Positions 21,001-31,268 of a DNA stretch of 64,000 bases are shown piece after piece. The stretch covers positions 61,974-125,973 of the IMG/VR virus record IMGVR_UViG_3300037010_001382, one strand, 5' to 3'. The notes under the pieces were generated by a model. The model worked only from the letters and a program-made list of their open reading frames with translations. It did no database searches and was not told the origin of the DNA. The DNA comes from a virus. The position numbers were made by a program, and so were the translations under genes. Position 1 is the stretch's first letter, and each line of letters starts with the position of its first letter.

Positions 21001-24000
21001 AAACATCAACCTTTCAGGATGACTCATCTCAGCAACAGTTTTATTATCTTCACCTGTTCTGTTATCAATGCGACCTTGTATATAACTTGGTTTTAATGTC
21101 TTAGAAGCAATACGCTTGTCACCATCAAATAAGATGCTATTTAAATAAATAGAACCTTGTCTAAATGGTTGTGCCATATGAGGCAATCTCTGTAAGAAAT
21201 TGTCCTTAGAAGTAGAATTGTTCAAATCATTACTGATAGTATGAACAAAGTTAGGACCTACTTCTTGTGATTGTTGTTTGTTATCTATATTATAAAATGT
21301 AGATTCTGCTTCACCTGAAGCCTTAAGATACAATTCAGCTAATGTTCTTAAACGACCAGCAACCTTAAGATTACCAGCAGTGATTTCATTAACATTTATT
21401 TTACCTAAATTGTCAAATAATGCACGAGTTGCTGTTACAAACTTATCAAGATCTGATTCAGACTGATTAGCTTCTTTAACAGTAGACAACTTATCTCTAA
21501 GATCTCTAGTGAAATCTATACCAAGACTATTCAAGAACTCAATTTGATTAGTAATTGCTTCTTCTTTATCTTTACTACTAATCTTTACATCACCATAAGC
21601 ATCCTTGAAACGATCACCATTAAATGTATATTGACCTTCTTCACCAGGAACATTACTCTCTTGTATAGGACTTCCTTTCTCACCAACTGTACCCTTAAGA
21701 GTATCAAGCCATATAGCTACTCTCTTAATTGTAGAAGCATTTAAGTTCTGTGGAGAGAAATTGGTATTATTATCTTCATGTATGTACATAGTAATAGCTT
21801 CTGGACGTTGCTTTCCAAATACATTATTGAATGCAGCTCTAATTTTAACTTCATCTCCTGACCAAACATCTTTCATCTGACCAAGACGTTCTACTACCTT
21901 AACGATATTAGGATCGAATTTAGCCATAAATTCAAGATGCTCCATCTTTTCTGGAAGTGTATTAAACTCTGTAAGTTCAGAACGTACATAGTTTACTAAC
22001 TTACTAAAATTAACAGGTATAGGCATATTAGTAGAAGGATCAAGTTTCTCACGTAATACCTGAGTTACATTACCTTCTTCATCTACTTCATCAACCCACT
22101 TTTGTTCAACAATAGTAGAGAATAACAACTTCATAGAAGCTGACATACTCTTATTATTATCAACACTGAATACGTCTTGGAAATCTCTATTATTAGCTAC
22201 TTCTGTTTCGTTTTCAGAATCATGTTTAATGCCCATTCCCTTAAGATACTCCTTAACAAGAGAATCTTTATTAGTTGCAATTTCATCCCAGTGAGCATCA
22301 ATGTTATTCCACATTCTCAGATGTTGTTCATACTGATCCTGAGTGATAAGATTGTCCTGATATTGTGATTCTATAGAATTAGGATCTGATTCTTCATAAG
22401 ATAAAGGATATTCCTTCCCTTCTGTATCCCATCCTACATTTACGAAGTCACTCTTCATTCTTCTACGTACTGTCTCTAGTAGATCTTTAGCGTTATATTT
22501 CTTAACATCAAATTCTATTAGCGACTTAGAATCAGCAAATAATTGCTGAATAAGACGTGAAGTTACACCTTTAACAACCATTGAACTATCTTGTATAGAT
22601 AATGGCCCTATTGTCATTTTTCTTGCTTCGCCTGTACCTGTATATTCATTCAGACGAGGAGCTGTTTTATAATAACCTATATTGATATTCTTGAAGTAAT
22701 TCTTAATACTACCATCAAATAATCCTTTTACAAAGTTTACAAAATCTTCGAACATTCTTGCAATGAAATTAGACTTAGTACTCTTAGGAGCTGAATAAAA
22801 TTTGTTATCAAGTACATAATGACCTAATTCTTCTGCAAGTTGTTCTTTCAGTTCATAATCTGAAGCATCAGCATATTTAATAATACGATCATCTTCATGA
22901 TGGCGGAATTCACCCTTTCTAGATCTGAATTCTTCCATTATCTGAGCACGCTCTTTAGCAGCTGTAAATGAAGCCCATATACCTTCAAATGCTTCATGTT
23001 CAATAGTACCACGCTTAGCATTTTCATACCATTCAGCATGTGTACCAACGTATTGACCAAATGCAAGTCCACCATCTGTAAGTTTTATAATTGTCTTAAG
23101 ACGTTCTCCAGGAAATGGAACATTAGCATTAAACCAAGCTTCTGACGTACCTATATCATGTAGAGCAAATTCTAATTCATTAGAGTTCATTCTACGTGCA
23201 TTACCTTTATTACCACCACCTCTACGCTTTGCAGGAGCAGCAGGTTTTGGTTCTTCTTCTTTTGCTTTATCTGATTCTTCTACTTTAGCTGCAACTTGTG
23301 CATCTTCTGCAGGAGTATTAGATACTTTTTTAGCTTGTTCAGCCATATTAAGTTCATATTGACCTATCATTGTGGTCATGAACTTTTCTACTTTCTCTTG
23401 TAAACTCTTTACTGTTTCATCTGGTCCTGCAGATACGAGTTGTAGCATTACAGGTACAGCAACAGGATTAGTAGGATTTTGTAAATTATGCATCAGATTC
23501 TTCATATCTTCAGCGTTAATTACAACCTTACCATCTTCTATTTTATACTTTAATTTAGTATTGTTCAAATCAAGAACAGGAGCACTAAATTCTTTTTCAG
23601 CAACAATAGCAGGATCTTTAGTAGCTTCTGGTTTCTTTGTAGCAGCAGCTTCTTTAGCACTCTTAACAAACATATAGCTACCTTCTTCTTTATTACGAAG
23701 CTTAGCATAACGTCCTTGCATATTAGTTGAATATTCACCTTGTCCCTTCATATTAACAGAAGTTCTAAAAGGAATTTCATCTACATGTCTTTGTTCTTTA
23801 TCGTTACCATTTCTTAAATCATAATGATCAGACAAGAGATAATGCTGATAAGTTTTCCATTCACGTGTTTGAATAGTTATTTTACCTTTATCATCTGCTT
23901 TTGTGTACATTTCTTGAAATGGTTCATTTGCAATAAGTAAACCACTATTTGCATTTGTATACAATTCAGCAAGACGAGCTTTGAATTCAGCTATTTGATT

Positions 24001-25434
24001 ATTTGGATTATCTTCGTTAAAAGTTTCTTCTGTAAATGGAAATCTATAAGGATAACCTGCTTTATTTTCACCTATCAGTAATTCACTACCTTTAAGATAT
24101 AACTGATTCTTATTACCTCTAAAGTCCTTACCTGTTGATCTAGGATCATTAGTACGACCATAATAAATAACACCTTGTAAATATTGTGTTAATTTAGTAA
24201 GTTGATCTTTAAATGAGTCTCTTTCAGCTTTTTGTTTCTCATCTGTAGTTTTAAAACTAATACCATGAATATCATCAAATAATTTAGCAGATTGTTTCAG
24301 AATATGAAACATGTCTTCTACTTGTGTTGTTGATAATTTACGGTTATTTAAGAATTGTAATGTACCGCCTTGTTCCAAATAAACAGCACCCACTTTAGCA
24401 GGTATATTCTCACCTTGATGAGTAATACCTGATGGATCTGTTGCTATCTTAACAAGACCTAAGTCATATAAGTCACCTCTTTCGACAAGAGACCCTACAG
24501 TGGGATTTTGTTTCCACTTAGTTGGATCTTTAGGATCTGGAGTTCTTTTTGGATGACCACGCGATACATCAAAATTAAATAATATTGGTTGTGTACCATC
24601 ATTAGCTAACATTTCTGCTCTCTTACCTTTCCACTGATCTATATATTGCTTTTGTTCAGCTTCAGTTGTACCTGCTGGAAATCTACTTCTACCTGTCCTA
24701 ACAGATGTTGGAGAAGGAGTTGGTAATGTATTGATAACCAAATCATGTGCTGTAGGATTCTCTATACGTTCTCCTTTTACATTCAGGAAATGATATTTAC
24801 CTTTAGGATTACCTTGTCCATTATTATGAGTAGGATCCCATTCTACAGCAACTGTAGCAATAGTTTTGTCATCAGGATTAGTCTGATCATAAGCACGTCT
24901 ATCAGGAGTACCAGTCTCTTCTAATTCTTTCTCTGAAGTATTAATATTCAGAAAATCAATTAGAGAATGTTGACCATATTCTCCTGCAAGTGTACCTTGC
25001 CATACTTTATCAAGTCCTAATTTAGCAACATTGTTAGATGTCACTACAAGCATTTGTAAAGAAGAATTTTCTCTTCCTTTCTGCTTAAGCATAGTACTTC
25101 TAATCTGATTGAAATTACTAAAGAACTGCTGCGTTCTAGCTACACGACTTTCATCAAATGCACTAGTTGGAGGAGTTATAGTACTACCAAATACAAAAGG
25201 AGCAGGCTTGAGTTTACCATTTTCTTCTATATCAATCTGCCTTTCAAGTCTAGATAAAGGTTCAGAAATAGCACGTTTTGCGATCACTTCTTTAAACTTA
25301 TCTAATAACTTCTCAGCTTCCTCTATAGTAGGTATTTTCTCGTCATTTAATTTAAATGCAGCTAACGCTTCACCTTTACCAAACTTCTCAATCAAATCCT
25401 TATATTCTTGTAAATTCTTGTTGGGACAACCCAT
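15070..25434 (-). CDS. Virion-packaged DNA-dependent RNA polymerase (crAss-like, two-barrel type)
   Basis: 3454 aa; GFRIPTQ...GDSIVVP..IT.KAGSDFDVDKL catalytic-loop motif; upstream KRIK and TDGSGF motifs. Confidence 0.9.
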   Translation of the reverse strand: MGCPNKNLQEYKDLIEKFGKGEALAAFKLNDEKIPTIEEAEKLLDKFKEVIAKRAISEPLSRLERQIDIEENGKLKPAPFVFGSTITPPTSAFDESRVARTQQFFSNFNQIRSTMLKQKGRENSSLQMLVVTSNNVAKLGLDKVWQGTLAGEYGQHSLIDFLNINTSEKELEETGTPDRRAYDQTNPDDKTIATVAVEWDPTHNNGQGNPKGKYHFLNVKGERIENPTAHDLVINTLPTPSPTSVRTGRSRFPAGTTEAEQKQYIDQWKGKRAEMLANDGTQPILFNFDVSRGHPKRTPDPKDPTKWKQNPTVGSLVERGDLYDLGLVKIATDPSGITHQGENIPAKVGAVYLEQGGTLQFLNNRKLSTTQVEDMFHILKQSAKLFDDIHGISFKTTDEKQKAERDSFKDQLTKLTQYLQGVIYYGRTNDPRSTGKDFRGNKNQLYLKGSELLIGENKAGYPYRFPFTEETFNEDNPNNQIAEFKARLAELYTNANSGLLIANEPFQEMYTKADDKGKITIQTREWKTYQHYLLSDHYDLRNGNDKEQRHVDEIPFRTSVNMKGQGEYSTNMQGRYAKLRNKEEGSYMFVKSAKEAAATKKPEATKDPAIVAEKEFSAPVLDLNNTKLKYKIEDGKVVINAEDMKNLMHNLQNPTNPVAVPVMLQLVSAGPDETVKSLQEKVEKFMTTMIGQYELNMAEQAKKVSNTPAEDAQVAAKVEESDKAKEEEPKPAAPAKRRGGGNKGNARRMNSNELEFALHDIGTSEAWFNANVPFPGERLKTIIKLTDGGLAFGQYVGTHAEWYENAKRGTIEHEAFEGIWASFTAAKERAQIMEEFRSRKGEFRHHEDDRIIKYADASDYELKEQLAEELGHYVLDNKFYSAPKSTKSNFIARMFEDFVNFVKGLFDGSIKNYFKNINIGYYKTAPRLNEYTGTGEARKMTIGPLSIQDSSMVVKGVTSRLIQQLFADSKSLIEFDVKKYNAKDLLETVRRRMKSDFVNVGWDTEGKEYPLSYEESDPNSIESQYQDNLITQDQYEQHLRMWNNIDAHWDEIATNKDSLVKEYLKGMGIKHDSENETEVANNRDFQDVFSVDNNKSMSASMKLLFSTIVEQKWVDEVDEEGNVTQVLREKLDPSTNMPIPVNFSKLVNYVRSELTEFNTLPEKMEHLEFMAKFDPNIVKVVERLGQMKDVWSGDEVKIRAAFNNVFGKQRPEAITMYIHEDNNTNFSPQNLNASTIKRVAIWLDTLKGTVGEKGSPIQESNVPGEEGQYTFNGDRFKDAYGDVKISSKDKEEAITNQIEFLNSLGIDFTRDLRDKLSTVKEANQSESDLDKFVTATRALFDNLGKINVNEITAGNLKVAGRLRTLAELYLKASGEAESTFYNIDNKQQSQEVGPNFVHTISNDLNNSTSKDNFLQRLPHMAQPFRQGSIYLNSILFDGDKRIASKTLKPSYIQGRIDNRTGEDNKTVAEMSHPERLMFEINANLSKLYYILVPADSKTEWTLKMEHIVPWKSFHEEGVNDTIYDIFNNYYQVEKGIATGIDGKIDPKYKSLMHDLAGGYADENLNKDEFIKKLDDDADVMLQYLVKAGSITKAEGSEYYRIKNFNMEFVASNELQRKDKNALFTEDNLKKLLKFRNTNYMINNIEMFKIYFGDVAAIKDPLKRIKSFMSPRETMIYDDPKFNNTLNETLNKIKVGKTLELTNDLESGQDEVVDKVITLREGDYGYRKYTDVLKTVNFRDQDVVQVSHGANSFVGITEDARLLAGNAKAREILQDAYKSINPTDGSGFITLTGHREIVYKSGRGTIAHDKMYDYVLAKDRQLMYQDGHLQTEDANAKNYYRPEIKAYDEKRIKKMNVDRTLNILKPIYSGVDQTGNLVLDKYSLAPMTYEIVRGTPLEKLFLHMVEEGVHYAVADSGRKIGKNKLHDIYNEDGTLNEESPKDNTRNDLSFKYLGIQTETAGNHHDNSFGTQASTLVNLNTFDNAAPTDFDKKIGDWRKLSEADKIKHSERYRKFDHNCNLLKAMQDHGYTELLKKLGIVDNAETGGGFSIPRENMPKIEALLREELLRRDVSQNLKDALSFNEESGTWNTPLEAISNYKQIKDIIFSYVDKSIAKPKQNGGPKIMIPGIMVGSVNGKEIRTVQVKDKDGNYTGQSRLVSDGLKFYEAEYYPEGHKKAGQRKSVSRMEVIITSEVPKQMRSHERWKDATDEEIMLHLNENPELLHGIGFRIPTQEMNSLEAFVIKGFLPEYMGDSIVVPEAITAKAGSDFDVDKLNTYLKNVYLDKDGNAKAVPYLGTGEAALSQFREIATELKKTLKQEEVSKDVIDLPSEEMTEEEVEALENANASEAEKIESYAQKLYKQSLQNAYYDSLSEMILDPENYERLVKPNNAELLKGISKMLEKLAPNEFTADKTGSVLDPMFMSEARHAFITGKQDLSIAANNQKNHSINQLAQVVIEPLFKSRLSKIEQTFIGDTKILLPHNKTTVNYTYRWNAQAGALEKVPFEQGRALPTFSGVTDNKKQVISDNISQGIDGYADVAKGAWIMNIIQHHMISSTYFTMLKMGIDPETAGLFTNQPIIREFVKMLAKNDSTFMLKRVDSTERRSLFDMFPVDIPNRTAVEKKAWSINMQKAINERMKEGFDNPQFLGALPENIRSFYKDGQLSSKEKNLEQHAILQEFLKYKVISDHMFVMQEASTWDTKSMAEPNMQLRKRDIVEKARTSIIISSIDELLQANHLENLMKHVGQSSVAINESMFKIGHPIVRTYVKGILNMLPSRMSGDNYQRAAQAVEENLISFLVQNSDLNALSRKEYEGVTDKRYNERIHELLIDKKTSISARIKQLRKDLKNDSNSDIANSLFLKRLVVKTKKNVADIKNIFLSSKPTDSFSIDVLTDAMREFRDSTIPLKYKDLYNDILIASFLQSGLANSDISFGKYMPAEDYAKIVSPAINELVDNNGKVNSEEMLQKFYDSKDFFRNKWQDKKIVPQEKEIWDMNEDGSGKSKYRVSPDIAEVFKSIRERANESWSVPYAEKTAKTVNEYHPVADLKINSEEEESTKKVIGRKRAETAIKGNRITSEDHPKLKLMVHETEDGQFAVINDKTGREISRGATKKEAVDNATKIINKTGNTTKKTIGLTKRDMYDPNDKVEFAYRPYQDYIPFKLPLDNLSAQYDFITLHAESISNAIARSQDLDPVVKDPSYFLQKVRGKDGKEFTIQEGGQEWYLYVPISTKGDGRLLEEHTPDSPMSVLRTDGYQVPAEIPHSAIIEGIQEFYDDMREYHESLKKQGVTDEEGNFQELDEDGFLKPKENLVEPEKSGNFVEPDNTPKNVEVTVKKDDKSDWSLSVTPTGQVYNKTTGDQLDPVKDKKLINKALLKSGFLPHKLVEAKNGIKYAVTNDGRIFTMAESNMGAELSADSGIRKDVLEKYEKLIGNKDPNKVEPDGLPPIDLTEENNC

Positions 25435-25437
25435 ATA

Positions 25438-28400
25438 TTATAAACAGTTTAAACTATCAATTATTTCGGCTTTACTCAAACCTTTTGCATCCATTAAATC
25501 TACTACTTTTCTTGCGTCTTTAGTAAACTCATCAAGACTTTCTTCTCTATTTTCTATTGCATCATAAATGTCTTTAATCTCTAAATCATCTATAATCTTA
25601 TCTGCAGTTTCTGTAGTACCTGTTTCTTCTTCATGAATAACATTTTCTACAGTTTTATATTTTGAATTTGTCAATGCTTCCTTTTCGTTATATTCTTCTA
25701 CAAAGTTATTTAATTCTTGTCTTTCTGGAGCATCTACTATCTCTTGTGGAGTTTCTGTTGCTATGTGATTAGCTAATAAAGCAGGATCTATATGATAAGT
25801 TTTTCCATCTTCTGTTTTAACTTCTATATTTCCACGTCCATCTAATTCTCTACCAGTGATCGTTACTGTTCCAAGTTCCTTAGCAAATGTCTCAGCATCT
25901 TTAGTCGCTTCTACTTCTGCTTCTTCTTTACTCTTAAATATCTTAGTAGCATTTATTCCACCCCAATAATCCTTAGTAAAGAACTTTGATATACCTTTTG
26001 TGTCTTTAGATTCTGTTACTTTAGGTATTTCCATACCTTTCTGTAATACATATTTATGACCTGTTTGGTAACTCTTTTCTCCAGCTTGTACTATATTTGC
26101 AACAGTACCTTTTTCTTTTGCTTCTTGTAATTGACGTTTACCTTCTGATGCTAGGAATACTTTAGTATCCATCCATTCTTTAAAGCCTTTCTCTGTATAT
26201 AAGTGATTTATCAGGGCATTTGCATCATTGATATCTGATTTAAGATTATCTATATCAAATCCTTTTTGCAACAATCCTTCATCACCAACTATATCCGAAG
26301 TTTCAACATCAATTCTTTCAGCAGAAGGATCTCTACCATTCATTTCAAAACTTGCTAAAGATTGAAAGATTTCTGCTTGTTGAGCAAGATTAGCTTTCTT
26401 TTCATTTACATCTTTAACATATCTTTCAATATTTCCTATATGAGTATCAAGCGTTGCTCTTTCTTTTCTTATTTCAGTACGTCTGTCTGCTGTACCTTTA
26501 GCATGTCCAAGTTCTTCTTGTTCCTTAAACAGTTCAGTACTTCTTTCAGAATATTGTTTCTTTAAACTTTCAAGACCGCCATAAGTAGTAACACTGTGTA
26601 CTATATCTGGGGTTAATCTTTCATGAGTTTTAAAGATAGATTCTGCTATATCATTTAAACGTGATTTTCTATCATTTATTGCATACTTTGATTTTATAAG
26701 ATCTTCTTTTGTACTTTCATACGCGAGATAGTATTCAGTCATTGCTTTTCCTTCTTCATCTCTAGCGTCAGGACGATATTGGAAATTATTTGTAAATACT
26801 TTACTTATGCCCTCATGATAAGTTTTAAGCAAATCAGCATGATTCATCATTTTATCAACAAGTGCATGTTTTTGTGCCATTGTTGTGTCATTGTTGATGT
26901 CACCCATTAATTTGTTAACTTCTTCTTCAGGTAATTCTTTGATCATTTTTAGTTGTTCTTTTACAACATCAAAACGATTACTTTTTATACCTGTAAGAAT
27001 CATATCGACAAACTGTTCAGCTTGTAAATTCTTATATTCAAATATATCTCCTGTTTCTACAGCTTTTTTCATTCCTTCAGAATGACTAAGCCCGTTTGCT
27101 ATACTTGTGTATTGATCAGAAAATAAACCTGTTATACTATTTTTTCTAAGATTTTCTAAAGCGACTTGAGATGCTTTCTCTGGACTTAATCTTCCAGCTT
27201 TTTTGGCCATCGCTTCACTTATTCCATGTTCTATTGGTCCTACAAATAAACCTGTTAAAGCACCAGTAAGCATCGATTCTAAACCTTCAGTAGTGCCAAA
27301 AGTAGAAGATAATCCTTCCATTGTAGAACCAAATAAATCACCTGCTCCTTCGTAATCTGGATTATTATATTTTCTTCTATAGTAAGCTTTAGTACCAACG
27401 TCTGTGCCATGTACAGCCCCCATTACAATTGCTTGGGTTCCTATGCTTGTAGGTTTAACCCACTTTCCAAATTGAGCTAATCTCGACTGAGGAGTTAGCT
27501 TTAAATTGTTAATATCTTGTATAGTTTTAACTTCAGTAGATGCCAATCCTATTTCACCAGCTTGTTCAAGTGTAGTAGCTGCTAACCCTGTTTTAATGCC
27601 ATTTTTAGCTGCACTAAAGCCCTTCATTACATTAGGGAATACAATTGCATTCTGAAGTGTAAAAGCGACGAAATCAAGGCCATATTTAGTATTTGCAGAT
27701 GCATGAGCATATTGCTCAATTGTTGCTAAATCATCTTTATCTGTAGGAGCATAACCATGTTCTTTGATATACTCTTTCTCAAGTTCATCTTTAGTAGATT
27801 TGTATGATTCTCTAGCACCTTGAGCTGCCATCATATTAGATGACGAAGCTAGTGTTAGACCATATTGTACATTAGATATTACTTTAACTCCTGCAGCTGC
27901 TTCTTCTAATCTTTTTGCATTCCTAAATGCATCACCTGTTACTTTAGAAGCTTCTAAGAATTGTTCGAATTTACTTCCACCTGTTGCTAATTTAGATATT
28001 CTTAAAGCACTACGACCAAAGATCCTAGAGATAGTATTAGCTTCAGCGCCTAATGCTGCAATATTACCTAATCCTTCTGTAGTAGCTGCTAATGCAGCAT
28101 TTTCTACAACTGCTCCTGCTAATGTACCTACAACAAGACCTGAACCTTTAAATATCTTATCAAACCAAAAGTTAGCAGAACCACTTGTAAATGGTATAGC
28201 TGCTCTTAATGGATGATTAAGTTCATCTTGTGTGTAATAGTTAACAAAAGTATTTTCTATATTACTTTGGAAATCTTCTAATGTTTTAGCTACTGGATTA
28301 TCATAAATAGCACTTACACCTTTAGAAGCACTACCATTAGCTATAGCAGATGAAGCGCCATGAATCAAATCTGGAATTGACATTAATGTCTCCAGAAATG

Positions 28401-28797
28401 CAGTACCTGCACCAACAGCAAATTTAGCTGTATCATTTCCTAATTTAGAAAAGATACCTTGATTTTGTGCTGCTATTTCTTCATTATTCTGCCAAGGATT
28501 AAATTGTCCAGATTGATGATATCTTTTAGCTTCTTCTTGTGGTGTATAAATAGAAGAATAATCATCAAGTGGTTTTACTTGTAGATTGGATAAGTAATCA
28601 TCTAATCCTACTTTAGCTACATTTTCATTCTCAGGACGATATTCATTCGGATCTGCTATAGATGGAACATATATATCAGGAGCTCCATGACCAGGTACTA
28701 TTGCAGTATTATGTGCTGGAACAATACCAGCAGCATTAGGATCTGTAGGAGCAAGATATGGAAATGGCGATTGTGGATTAAAATTTGTACTGTCCAT
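25438..28797 (-). CDS. Ejection/cargo protein with membrane-like segments
   Basis: 1119 aa; G/A-rich hydrophobic helices followed by coiled coils; adjacent to the vRNAP. Confidence 0.75.
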   Translation of the reverse strand: MDSTNFNPQSPFPYLAPTDPNAAGIVPAHNTAIVPGHGAPDIYVPSIADPNEYRPENENVAKVGLDDYLSNLQVKPLDDYSSIYTPQEEAKRYHQSGQFNPWQNNEEIAAQNQGIFSKLGNDTAKFAVGAGTAFLETLMSIPDLIHGASSAIANGSASKGVSAIYDNPVAKTLEDFQSNIENTFVNYYTQDELNHPLRAAIPFTSGSANFWFDKIFKGSGLVVGTLAGAVVENAALAATTEGLGNIAALGAEANTISRIFGRSALRISKLATGGSKFEQFLEASKVTGDAFRNAKRLEEAAAGVKVISNVQYGLTLASSSNMMAAQGARESYKSTKDELEKEYIKEHGYAPTDKDDLATIEQYAHASANTKYGLDFVAFTLQNAIVFPNVMKGFSAAKNGIKTGLAATTLEQAGEIGLASTEVKTIQDINNLKLTPQSRLAQFGKWVKPTSIGTQAIVMGAVHGTDVGTKAYYRRKYNNPDYEGAGDLFGSTMEGLSSTFGTTEGLESMLTGALTGLFVGPIEHGISEAMAKKAGRLSPEKASQVALENLRKNSITGLFSDQYTSIANGLSHSEGMKKAVETGDIFEYKNLQAEQFVDMILTGIKSNRFDVVKEQLKMIKELPEEEVNKLMGDINNDTTMAQKHALVDKMMNHADLLKTYHEGISKVFTNNFQYRPDARDEEGKAMTEYYLAYESTKEDLIKSKYAINDRKSRLNDIAESIFKTHERLTPDIVHSVTTYGGLESLKKQYSERSTELFKEQEELGHAKGTADRRTEIRKERATLDTHIGNIERYVKDVNEKKANLAQQAEIFQSLASFEMNGRDPSAERIDVETSDIVGDEGLLQKGFDIDNLKSDINDANALINHLYTEKGFKEWMDTKVFLASEGKRQLQEAKEKGTVANIVQAGEKSYQTGHKYVLQKGMEIPKVTESKDTKGISKFFTKDYWGGINATKIFKSKEEAEVEATKDAETFAKELGTVTITGRELDGRGNIEVKTEDGKTYHIDPALLANHIATETPQEIVDAPERQELNNFVEEYNEKEALTNSKYKTVENVIHEEETGTTETADKIIDDLEIKDIYDAIENREESLDEFTKDARKVVDLMDAKGLSKAEIIDSLNCL

Positions 28798-28799
28798 TA

Positions 28800-31250
28800 T
28801 TACTTAACTTGATTTAATGAGTTTAATATGTCTACTCTTGTTTGTTTCTGAGACATCATTTCAACTTTTTGTCTTATTTCATCTTTACTAGCAGAAACAG
28901 TATTAGTCATAATCGGACGTCCACCTGTTCCTAAAATCCATAATCTATATCCTGCATCATCTTTTACAAGCTGATAACTTAATAGATTGTTTTTTGTATG
29001 TAAAGCATAATAAGGATCTGTTGATGTTTTACCTGTTGTAGCTACTTCCCAATCAATGTCTTCACTTGTATTGACAGGTATAACTTTATCTGTTTGTATA
29101 TTAGGAGTTACATCAAACGGTTTATTCTTGTGATCCAATCCTGTAACATGAAGCTTACCTTGATCATCACGGTAAGCGTGCGTAACTTTAATGCCTCTAT
29201 TGTCTCCTTCACCTAATTCTAATTTATTGTCTGTCATTCCAAGAACAGCTGTTGAAAGTTGTTCCTTTTCATTTTTATCAACTATTAGTTTACCTACATA
29301 ATTGACATTTTGTCCTACACTTTTAAGTTTATCATTAATGTAAGCTCTTTGTTTATTACGAATATCTAATTGAGGAGCTATAATATTAGCATAAGCTTGT
29401 GGAGTTCCACCAGAAACTTCATGATCGATTATTGCTTTAAGATTACCATAATAAGGATTTCCTCTAAACTTTTCAAGAGCAGCTTTTTTAATATCATTCA
29501 TTCTATTAGTTGATATTACTGTACCCTTTGTTTCTGGATCATGTTCTAAAGACATTACTTTATGAACTTCAGATTGAATATCGAAATATAAATCTGTCAT
29601 TGTGCCTATAAAAGCTTTATCTCTTTTAGGATCAATTATCATAGTGTTAATTACTCGTCCAGTAGAATCCTTATAAGGAGCTATTGGTAAATTAACTTTA
29701 TTAGGTAAAGAAGATTCTACGTTAAATAAAGCAGAAGCTTCATTTTCTAATCTATCAGTAATTGATTGAAGAGCATTTTGCTTTCTTATGATAGGGTCAT
29801 ATTTTTGTCTCCAACTATTAAATATTGGATCTACTAAAGGATTACCTTTTTCGTCTGTACTATTATCTGCGTAAGCTTTCTTTTGATTTTCTATATATTT
29901 AGCAAAATCTGCATCAGATCCATTTTTATTAGCGTTTTGCCAAGCAGATCTTAATTCTGGTACTGCTTGCACTCTATATTGTTCATCTAACATTGCAAGA
30001 CGAGAAGCTTGTGCATTCATATCATAACTTCCACTTGCTGGCGTATTATCTATTGCTACTTTTGTACTAGAGATAGAGGATGGATTATTTGCATCATAGT
30101 TCATTTGATCTATTTTTTGCTTCCAATTAAATTCTCTATCTTGTCTATCTTCTTTACGAATGTTTAATAAATAATTTCTATCTCTATCTTTTTGTTCTAA
30201 AGCAAATTTAGCTCCTTCATTTACAACAAGAGATAAGTCTAGGTCTTGTTTTGTATATTTTTGTATAAGATTAGCTTGAGCGCTTTTCATTTGTAATGAT
30301 ACTTTAGCGCCTGTTAAATTGCCATTTTCAGCCATTTCTTTTACATTCTGATAATATTGACCTGTAGGAACCCATTTATTAAATTCATTAAGAACTTGCA
30401 TCTTTTGTGATGCCCAGTACTCTGCATGTCCTTGTGTATCAGTTTTAGCTTTAGCATCTATAGCATCAAGCATTTGTTTATATCCGCCAACAATTGAATT
30501 AGTTTCTATATTCAACATTTGTGACATTTGTTGTGGAGCAGTTATATTTCTATAATTAAACTCACCTAACATTTGAAAATGTTTACCAATTCTTGGATCA
30601 TTTTGGATCTGTGAATCAATTATAGCTTGAATTTGTGCTGGAGTTCTACTTGTAAGCTTACTCTTTTGCAATTGTATTTGACCATAATTGTCTAAGCTAA
30701 CTTGTTCATCAGGAGCTTTCTCCTTAATTGCAGCAGCTAATGCTCCAAGACCATCATATGCTTCTGTAGCTTTAGAAGGACCTTGATAACTATGATTTAA
30801 GTTATTACTACCTAAGTAGTCAACAACTCCCTGATTATCATACCATCTTTCTAGATCAGTATATTTACCAGCTTTTTCTTTCACAGCTTGATCTGCTGTT
30901 AAGCTTCTTATTTGTTGAGTTGATATAAGAGCATTTTGAATCTTTTCATCTTTAGCTATTTGAGGAGCTAAACTCATCGCTTGTCCTACAAGAGATTGAT
31001 TAGAAAAGTCACCACCAGCCATTGTATTAAGCTTAGATGACATATCAGATAATTTAGATTGAAGATATTCTTTTGCGAGAGGGTGCATGATATCAAGTCC
31101 TGCAACTTGATCTATACTACCTTGAACACGAGCAACACCTTGATTATATTGTTGTTGTTTATAATCTAAAGTGCCTGCATATAAATTTAAGTCCACTTTT
31201 GGAGTGTACTGAGTTAAATATGCTTGTGGTGAATCAGTAAATGATGCCAT
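28800..31250 (-). CDS. Ejection/cargo protein
   Basis: 816 aa, Q-rich and helical; first gene after the 31.27-kb promoter. Confidence 0.7.
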   Translation of the reverse strand: MASFTDSPQAYLTQYTPKVDLNLYAGTLDYKQQQYNQGVARVQGSIDQVAGLDIMHPLAKEYLQSKLSDMSSKLNTMAGGDFSNQSLVGQAMSLAPQIAKDEKIQNALISTQQIRSLTADQAVKEKAGKYTDLERWYDNQGVVDYLGSNNLNHSYQGPSKATEAYDGLGALAAAIKEKAPDEQVSLDNYGQIQLQKSKLTSRTPAQIQAIIDSQIQNDPRIGKHFQMLGEFNYRNITAPQQMSQMLNIETNSIVGGYKQMLDAIDAKAKTDTQGHAEYWASQKMQVLNEFNKWVPTGQYYQNVKEMAENGNLTGAKVSLQMKSAQANLIQKYTKQDLDLSLVVNEGAKFALEQKDRDRNYLLNIRKEDRQDREFNWKQKIDQMNYDANNPSSISSTKVAIDNTPASGSYDMNAQASRLAMLDEQYRVQAVPELRSAWQNANKNGSDADFAKYIENQKKAYADNSTDEKGNPLVDPIFNSWRQKYDPIIRKQNALQSITDRLENEASALFNVESSLPNKVNLPIAPYKDSTGRVINTMIIDPKRDKAFIGTMTDLYFDIQSEVHKVMSLEHDPETKGTVISTNRMNDIKKAALEKFRGNPYYGNLKAIIDHEVSGGTPQAYANIIAPQLDIRNKQRAYINDKLKSVGQNVNYVGKLIVDKNEKEQLSTAVLGMTDNKLELGEGDNRGIKVTHAYRDDQGKLHVTGLDHKNKPFDVTPNIQTDKVIPVNTSEDIDWEVATTGKTSTDPYYALHTKNNLLSYQLVKDDAGYRLWILGTGGRPIMTNTVSASKDEIRQKVEMMSQKQTRVDILNSLNQVK

Positions 31251-31268
31251 AGGTTATTAATGAATTTA

